Shown here: positions 57,801 through 64,000 of the stretch, in pieces
Numbering within the stretch: the stretch's first letter is position 1
Layout of the letters: every line of letters begins with the position of its first letter
Origin: Pseudomonadota bacterium
GTDB taxonomy: Bacteria; Pseudomonadota; Alphaproteobacteria; Rhodobacterales; Rhodobacteraceae
NCBI GenBank assembly: GCA_036338635.1
Contig: JAYZBS010000045.1
Span: 4,601-68,600, forward strand
Length of the DNA stretch: 64,000 nt
Reading direction: 5' to 3'
Translations under genes and position numbers: made by a program
Notes under the pieces: generated by a model
Told to the model about the DNA's origin: nothing
The model's database searches: none
What the model saw: the letters and a program-made list of their open reading frames with translations, nothing else

Positions 57801-58370
57801 GTGACGACATCAGATTTACGGACACTGCTGCGTCGCGAGAGTGCTGTTTTGCACGCTACGCTGGACAAGGGCATCGGTCATCTGACCGACGCGGCGGACT
57901 ACCGGCGTTACGTCCTTGGTAGTCACGCCTTTCGCGCCTCACTCGAACCAGCGCTTTCCAACGCCGAAGCCGCGACGGGCTGGCAACCGCTGCTGCTGGA
58001 GGCGGAACTCTACGGTGATCTTGCCGCCCTTGGCCTCTGCGCCATGACGCCTCTCGTGGCGCCGCCGCTGGAGAGCGAGGCCTCGCTGATCGGTGCGCTC
58101 TATGTGCTTGAAGGCTCTTCGCTTGGTGCGGTGCTATTGTCTCGGCAGGCCGCCGTACTGGGGTTTGACGCGACGCGGGGTGCGCTGCATCTGGCACGGC
58201 AGACTCATGATCCGCGTCGCTGGACTGCCTTCCAGCATGTGCTGCAGCAGCCAAATGTTGATCGCGACGAGGCATGTACCGCTGCGCGGGCGGTATTCCG
58301 GCTGGCGCTGGCGGCGTTCAGCGTGTCGGCGCCTGCCACCGTCGAAGTCTGTCTCGACGACTGTCGATAA
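57801..58370 (+). CDS. bphO: Biliverdin-producing heme oxygenase
   Basis: LRRES..LHATLD, LYVLEGSSLG; directly upstream of the phytochrome. Confidence 0.88.
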   Translation: MTTSDLRTLLRRESAVLHATLDKGIGHLTDAADYRRYVLGSHAFRASLEPALSNAEAATGWQPLLLEAELYGDLAALGLCAMTPLVAPPLESEASLIGALYVLEGSSLGAVLLSRQAAVLGFDATRGALHLARQTHDPRRWTAFQHVLQQPNVDRDEACTAARAVFRLALAAFSVSAPATVEVCLDDCR

Positions 58371-58411
58371 GCAATTGAACGTGCTGCTTGCCGCGGCCAT
58401 AGAGCGTTGGA

Positions 58412-60562
58412 ATGACCAAGCCACCTGACACCGAGACCGCCGCCGCCTTTCGCGCCGAACTGACCGCGTGCGACCTGGAGCCGATCCATATCCCTGGATC
58501 GATTCAATCCCACGGCCACTTGCTGATCTTTGGTCACGACCTGACGCTGCACGGCGTCGCCAGCCGGGATGCCGCTTTGGCCGGTGCCGCTTCGGGCATG
58601 CCCCTGAACCAGCTTCTCGACGGGGCATTGGCGCATTTGAAGCTTGAAACCCTTGGTCCGCACGAAGGCACGCAGGTCATGCAGAGCGTTCACGCGCTCG
58701 GGCAGAACTGGGATGTCGTAGCCTATAGAAGTGGCGCCTATATCATGGTCGAGCTTCTGCCCACCGACGCGACGGAGACGCTGGATGCGCGCTTCATCGG
58801 CCGGATGCAGGCGCTGGACGGCGTATTGGAGCGGTCAGCGTCGTTGGTCGATCTCTATCGCAACGCGGCCGAGGTGTTCCGGCAACTGACCGGCTATGCC
58901 CGGGTGATGGTATACCGTTTTCTTGCAGGAGAAGCCGGCGTCGTGGTCGGCGAAAGCCGCGCCGGCGATTCGGGCAGCTTCATGAACCACCACTTCCCAG
59001 CCAGCGACATTCCCGCTCAGGCGCGGGCGCTTTATGTGCGCAACCGAATTCGGGTCATTGCCGATGCGAGGGCGGACGTGCAGCCGATCATCGGGAAGGA
59101 TGCCGGCATCGCCGAGGTCGATCTGAGCGATTCAATGCTCCGCAGCGTGTCTCCCATTCATCTGCAGTATCTACAAAACATGGGGGTCCGGGCGTCGGCC
59201 TCAATGTCGATCGTGCAGAACGGCATGCTGTGGGGGCTGATTGCCTGCCACGATCCCGAACCGCGAAACGTGTCTTTGACCACGCGGCTGGCCTGCGTCA
59301 GCCTTGCAGAAAGCCTCTCGCGCCAGATCCGCCTGCGCGAGGAGACGCTGCTTTACCGCGAACGTATCCGGCTGCGCTCGGCCGAGGATGCCATCATGGC
59401 AAAGCTGGGCAAGGATGAGGGGCTGAACAACTTCTTTGCAGATGCGGCACCCGGGCTGAGGGAGCTGGTGGACGCAACCGGCTTTGCCGCCGTGCAGGGC
59501 AGCGAAATATTCACCCACGGCGAATGCCCGCCGCACGAGGACTTACGCAAGATCGCCGAGCGACTGCGCAACGGGGCAGCGGTCCGTCCCTTCGCCACTG
59601 CACGACTCGGCACCGATCTTCCGGACGCGACCATCCGCCTGGACATCGCCTCTGGTCTTCTGGCGGTGACGATGTCGACCGAAGTGCCGACCGTCCTCAT
59701 CTGGCTACGCGCCGAAGAGCTTCAGGTTCTGACTTGGGCCGGGAACCCACACAAGGACGTGGCGATGCGGCCGGGGGCCGAGTTGGAACCGCGCGCATCT
59801 TTCGAGGCGTGGTCTGAACAGGTGCGTGGCCGCGCACGCCCGTGGAGTACTGCCGAGATCGAGGCGGCGGGCCGGCTGGTGCGGCTGCTGCTGGAAGCGC
59901 GCAACGCGCTTCGCATCCGACGCCTGCACTCGGAGCTGTCGGTTGTGGTGCGCGAGAACGAGAGCCTGCTGCGCCAGAAGGACTTTCTGCTGAAAGAGGT
60001 GAACCATCGCGTCCAGAACAGCCTCTCGCTTGTTGGGTCGTTCCTTCGCATGCAGGCGCGCGGCGCTGAGCCTTCGGTGCGCGCCCAGCTTGAAGAGGCG
60101 CAGGGCCGATTGGCGGCGGTAAGCCTGGTCCATCGCCGTCTCTATCAGGACGACCGCGCCGAAATCGTGGACCTGTCCATCTATCTGGACGATCTGCTGC
60201 GCGACATGCGTGCGGCGCTGGATCCTCGCTGGAGCACGCTGATCGAAGGAGAGTTCGCGCCGATCCTGGTTTCCGCAGATGCGGCGGTGACCATCGGATT
60301 GCTGGTGAATGAGCTGGTCGCCAACGCGATCAAATATGCCTATGGCGGAGAGCCAGGGCCGATTGCCGTGACGCTGGCCGCCTGGCGCGACGGCTTCCGG
60401 CTACAGGTTGCCGATCGCGGGGTCGGATCTGGCGGAGCGGTGCAGGGCACAGGGTTCGGGACACGGATGATCGACGCACTAGTCTCGCAGCTTGGCGGAA
60501 CGGTCCAGTCAGAAGCAAACGAACCGGGTCTACGCATCTCGGTTGTCGGGGTGCTTAGCTGA
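58412..60562 (+). CDS. bphP: Bacteriophytochrome PAS-GAF-PHY-HisKA_2-HATPase
   Basis: Chromophore Cys in CDLEPIHIPGSIQ; HFPASDIP; PIHLQYL; PRASF; KEVNHRVQN; NELVANAIKY; DRGVG; GFG. Confidence 0.95.
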   Translation: MTKPPDTETAAAFRAELTACDLEPIHIPGSIQSHGHLLIFGHDLTLHGVASRDAALAGAASGMPLNQLLDGALAHLKLETLGPHEGTQVMQSVHALGQNWDVVAYRSGAYIMVELLPTDATETLDARFIGRMQALDGVLERSASLVDLYRNAAEVFRQLTGYARVMVYRFLAGEAGVVVGESRAGDSGSFMNHHFPASDIPAQARALYVRNRIRVIADARADVQPIIGKDAGIAEVDLSDSMLRSVSPIHLQYLQNMGVRASASMSIVQNGMLWGLIACHDPEPRNVSLTTRLACVSLAESLSRQIRLREETLLYRERIRLRSAEDAIMAKLGKDEGLNNFFADAAPGLRELVDATGFAAVQGSEIFTHGECPPHEDLRKIAERLRNGAAVRPFATARLGTDLPDATIRLDIASGLLAVTMSTEVPTVLIWLRAEELQVLTWAGNPHKDVAMRPGAELEPRASFEAWSEQVRGRARPWSTAEIEAAGRLVRLLLEARNALRIRRLHSELSVVVRENESLLRQKDFLLKEVNHRVQNSLSLVGSFLRMQARGAEPSVRAQLEEAQGRLAAVSLVHRRLYQDDRAEIVDLSIYLDDLLRDMRAALDPRWSTLIEGEFAPILVSADAAVTIGLLVNELVANAIKYAYGGEPGPIAVTLAAWRDGFRLQVADRGVGSGGAVQGTGFGTRMIDALVSQLGGTVQSEANEPGLRISVVGVLS

Positions 60563-60611
60563 AGCCCCGCCTCGACTTGGAGATACATGCCGGCTGCGCG
60601 CCGATCGTCGT

Positions 60612-61049
60612 TCAGGCCACCCGGGGCACGGGACTGAAACCTGCCGGAACGCTCTGATCGTCAGCTGTGCCTCTGAGCAACTGCTGGATATATTGAAGCG
60701 CCGCCGCGAAGCCGGTTGCCGAAAAGGGTTTCCCGATCACACCGATGGCGCCATCGCAGCCTTCGGGAACCTTTTTCGGATTGGCCGTCACGAAGATGAT
60801 CGCGGTGTCGGGCCAGCGTGCGCGGATCTCGGCACTTGCCTCCAGACCATTCGACCCGCCGGCCAGGTTCATGTCGACAAGAGCCAGATCGGGCGCCGCT
60901 GCCGCGGACAATGCCTTGATGTCATCCAGCGAAGTGCAGGTTGCGACGGGCTGATGGCCGGCGTCCTCGATCATCATTTCGATGTCCATGGCAATGATGA
61001 GCTCGTCCTCGACCACGAGGATGGACAGCGGTGGCGCCTTGTCGTTCAT
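60612..61049 (-). CDS. Single-domain response regulator receiver
   Basis: VVEDE, ALVDMNL (phospho-Asp), IFVTAN, GKPF; ATGA-coupled to the LOV gene. Confidence 0.9.
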   Translation of the reverse strand: MNDKAPPLSILVVEDELIIAMDIEMMIEDAGHQPVATCTSLDDIKALSAAAAPDLALVDMNLAGGSNGLEASAEIRARWPDTAIIFVTANPKKVPEGCDGAIGVIGKPFSATGFAAALQYIQQLLRGTADDQSVPAGFSPVPRVA

Positions 61050-62164
61050 GAATGATCTCTCGCAATGGAAAGTATGACCTCGAGGTCCCCGCCGTCGGCC
61101 TGGGACCACTCGACGCGCGTGCGCGTCTGAGCCGCAAGGCGCGTGATGATCTGTGCGGTGATGCCGCTCGGCGAAAAGCTTGATGGCGATTCTCCTGCGG
61201 CCTGCCCCGAGACCCGGATCCGCAACTCGACCTTCCTGACATCTGCAGAAGAGGAGATATCCAGATAGCCCCCCTCGCGCCCGGCTATCATATGGTTGAG
61301 CACTTCGTTGACCACGAGCCCGCTGGCCGAGGCTTGACCGGCCGGGATCTCCGCGCGGCCAAGATCCGCCCGCACGCGCAGCTCTGCACCGGTCTGGCCT
61401 TGCGCTAGATCCGACGCCAGACCGACAGCGTAGGACCCGATATCGAAGCGTGTCACATCCTCGGCCTGATAGAGATGACGATGCACGCTGGCGATCGCGT
61501 CAATTCTAGACATCATCAGCCGCAGCAGATCTGCGGTCGCGGAATCCTGGGCCACACGCAGCTGCATGCGCAGGATCGAACCGATCATCGTCATGTTGTT
61601 CTTCACGCGGTGGTCAACTTCGTGCAGCAGCAGTCGCTGTGCGTCCAGCGCGTCACGCAGTTCGGCCACGCGCCGGGCGACCTCGGCCTCGACCAGTGCC
61701 TTCTCTCGCATCACGCGGGCCTGCTGATCGATCCGGTCGGTGATATCCACCTGTGACGCGAAGTGAAAACGGATGACCCCCGCGTCGTCCCGAACCGGGC
61801 TGACGTAGAGAGCGTTCCAGAACGGCGTGCCGTCCTTGCGGTAGTTCAGCAGGTCGACCGACGTGTCCTCGCCAGTCGCGATCGCTTGCCGAACCTTCGC
61901 AACGGCCGTGGGATCTGTGTTCGGGCCCTGCAGAAAACGGCAGTTCCGTCCAATCAGTTCTTCGCGCGTGTATCCGGTCAGCTTCTGGAAGGACGCGTTC
62001 GCAAAGACGATCGGGTTGTCGGACTGGTTGGGGTCCGTGATGATCATCGGCATTCGGGTCGCCCGAACAGCTGCAGCAAAGGGATCGCCGCGCCCATGCT
62101 CGTGGTGCAGCGCCTCCGTCAGCGTCCAATCGTCTTGCTGTCTCACCAGTTCATCCCGATTCAA
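61046..62164 (-). CDS. LOV-domain HisKA_2 sensor with degenerate HATPase domain
   Basis: GRNCRFLQ, NYRKDGTPFWN, SQVD; H-box HEVDHRVKNN; N/G1/G2 boxes eroded. Start is TTG 62164 or GTG ~62146. Confidence 0.9.
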   Translation of the reverse strand: MNRDELVRQQDDWTLTEALHHEHGRGDPFAAAVRATRMPMIITDPNQSDNPIVFANASFQKLTGYTREELIGRNCRFLQGPNTDPTAVAKVRQAIATGEDTSVDLLNYRKDGTPFWNALYVSPVRDDAGVIRFHFASQVDITDRIDQQARVMREKALVEAEVARRVAELRDALDAQRLLLHEVDHRVKNNMTMIGSILRMQLRVAQDSATADLLRLMMSRIDAIASVHRHLYQAEDVTRFDIGSYAVGLASDLAQGQTGAELRVRADLGRAEIPAGQASASGLVVNEVLNHMIAGREGGYLDISSSADVRKVELRIRVSGQAAGESPSSFSPSGITAQIITRLAAQTRTRVEWSQADGGDLEVILSIARDHS

Positions 62165-62390
62165 CCACCGCCTTCGTCAAGCCGGCAGGGGCTCTTTAGT
62201 TTCATGCTACGTCCGGTGCAGGCACAAACACCTGCGCCGGCTACAGAACAATTCCGTCAGCGGCAAGAGAGGCGGATCACGATAGACCTGCATCTGCTGA
62301 TCGTCAGGCGGGCGATCTTGACCGCCTCGGCCAAGTCCGTTCCGTCCGATCAGCGAACTGATGTCGTGTTCCGGTCATGTCTCCAGACAA

Positions 62391-64000
62391 TCAATCGGGA
62401 ACGCGCTGACCCAGAATGCTACGAGGCGCTGCAGGCTCCTCTCGCCGGGGTTCTGGGGCCACCGCGTTCTCTTTTGTCATGACAGCGACGACATCAGCTG
62501 CGATCTTGTCGAGCAGGTCCAATTCGGCATCTTCAATCCGGCGCGGCGAACGATCCACGATGGAGAGCGCGCCCAACACATGCCCTTCTAGAGTGCGGAG
62601 TGGTACGCTGGCGTAAAAGCGTCCCTGCCACTGCCGCACCGACTGATTGTCAGAGAAGCGCGGGTCGCGTTCCGTGTCCGGCACAACAAGCGAGTCGTTG
62701 GATGCGACGACATGGCTGCAAAGCGACTCAGCGCGCGGCATGTAGGTCATGCTCGCCTTGGTCGCAGTCCGCTGTCCGGGCAGATCCATACTCTGTCCTA
62801 GGATGTATTCCGCGTCGGCGTCGAGGGCGGAAATGAAGGCGAAGCTGACATCGAAAACATCTGAGGCGCGCGAGGCCAGCTCATCCAGATCCTCGCGCGC
62901 ATGGCCGTCCAGAATGTCGGTGGGGGCCAGTGCTTTCAGTCGCGCAGTCTCGGTTTCAGAGGATGCGGGCAGGCTTGCTGTAGCCATATGCTCGGGCTGC
63001 ATCAGCGACATGCGGCGCACGGCTTCGTCCATCGACAGCACGATCTGATCAACGCCGAGAGCTTCGGCCCGATGAGCAAACTCTGCGCCATCGGGTGCGT
63101 TCCACAACGCCAGAATGATCCGCACGTCGGGCCAGCGACGGCGGATACGGCGCACGAAGCCACGTACTGCCGTGTCGGGATCCCGGCTGAGATAGCCGAT
63201 ATAGACCGTGTCGACGCCCTCCAGCTCCAGCCCGTCGACGTAGCGTGCAGTAACGACGCCAGTCGCCCGCAGTTCTGCGGGGACGCCTGCAAGCGCCAGC
63301 GCGTGGACCAGCATCTCGGCCGCAATGGCAACGACCTGCCACTTGCCGCCGATACAGATCGTAGAGGCGTGACCGGCCTCAGGGGCAGGTGGTCCTCGCG
63401 GATTTTTTCCAGAAGGCGGTCCATGCCGGCGACAACGCGCAGGCGATGCTTCACGCGGGCATGCGAATGATAGCCCTTGCTGGTCTGGCGCAGGACTTCG
63501 AGCTCGATATCGTCATAGAACTCGGTCACTATGCTGGCACTTATTGACTCTGACGCAAGCTCATAGGCCTCTTCGGGATCGCTGGCGATCAGGCGTTGAT
63601 AGATGCGCCTCGGAAGGTTCAGCGCCGGGGCTGAGCCAGGTAGTGTTCCAAAGAACGCCATCTGGGGCACGTTGCGGCCTTGGACCAGCAGGCAAACCGT
63701 CAGCGGCGTGGACAGGATCAGGCCAAGCGGCCCCCAGAGGGCGGTCCAGAAGGTTGCCGCCGCGATCGACGACAGTGCCGACAACCCGGTCGAGGTCCCA
63801 CAAAGAAACGGCTCCACGATGTTGTTGCTGACCAGCTCCAGGAACAGGATCAGCGCTGGTGCCATCAGCACCATCTGCCAGCCCGGATCGACAGCGAAGG
63901 CCAAAGCCAGCAGGAAGGCGGCCGACAGCAACGGTCCAACGTAGGGAATAAACCGCATGATCGCGGCCAAGGTGCCCCACAGAACCCGACCCGGCACGCC
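62391..64000 (-). pseudogene. AI-2E family transporter fused to a C-terminal GAF domain; frameshift near 63390; 5' end outside window
   Basis: RFIPYVGP..EP...TGLS..FWTALWGPLGLILSTPLTVCL; the downstream frame has a GAF domain (CSHVV..VPDTERDPRF..FYASVPL). Confidence 0.75.

Noticed and set aside
62165-62300. EcfG promoter (GGAAC-N16/17-CGTT) upstream of the LOV gene
   Set aside because: GGAAT and GAAAC are present, but there is no correctly spaced -10 element.
1-64000. tRNA, rRNA, integrase/att site, toxin-antitoxin pair, cas genes
   Set aside because: None recognised by eye; tRNAscan-SE, Rfam and HMM searches would be needed to exclude divergent cases.

Overview
GC-rich alphaproteobacterial accessory DNA, most consistent with a Rhodobacteraceae (Paracoccus-like) plasmid, chromid or island. 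This is inferred from the IS types, the parB remnant and the gene families. I found no rRNA, tRNA or CRISPR array. Eight blocks can be read. (1) 1-19.2 kb: an intact catabolic supercluster (TctA, two ICL/PEP-mutase-family lyases, isochorismatase-type amidohydrolase, SDRs, HMSA-type ALDH, FAD monooxygenase, MBL hydrolase, two maleate-isomerase/AMDase paralogues, Fe-ADH, two TAXI-TRAP systems, two GntRs). (2) 19.2-20.7 kb: ribB truncated by IS debris. (3) 20.9-29.3 kb: a decaying HisD/HpsN-like + SDR + TRAP + 3-hydroxyacyl-DH + BKACE cluster. (4) 29.3-31.0 kb: nested IS fragments. (5) 31.8-41.3 kb: a mobilisable element (MobC-like, RHH, MOBP relaxase, DUF927 helicase, iteron-like repeats) carrying an orphan gene, a triple-Zn-finger GIY-YIG nuclease and a soluble FtsH-like AAA+/M41 protease. 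(6) 41.7-45.6 kb: an SSS transporter with a 43-aa partner, a parB remnant with a perfect 20-bp palindrome, and an intact IS903-group IS5 element. (7) 46-57.3 kb: ferric-hydroxamate uptake with a broken exbD2-tonB. (8) 57.8-64 kb: bphO-bphP facing a LOV-HisKA2 protein with a degenerate ATPase domain plus a single-domain response regulator, then a frameshifted AI-2E-GAF gene. The most novel-looking items are the nuclease/protease cargo module, a shared ~36-bp palindromic mini-insert in two unrelated transposase genes, and the red/blue photosensory module with a probable LOV pseudokinase. All assignments come from reading motifs by eye; no database searches were run.
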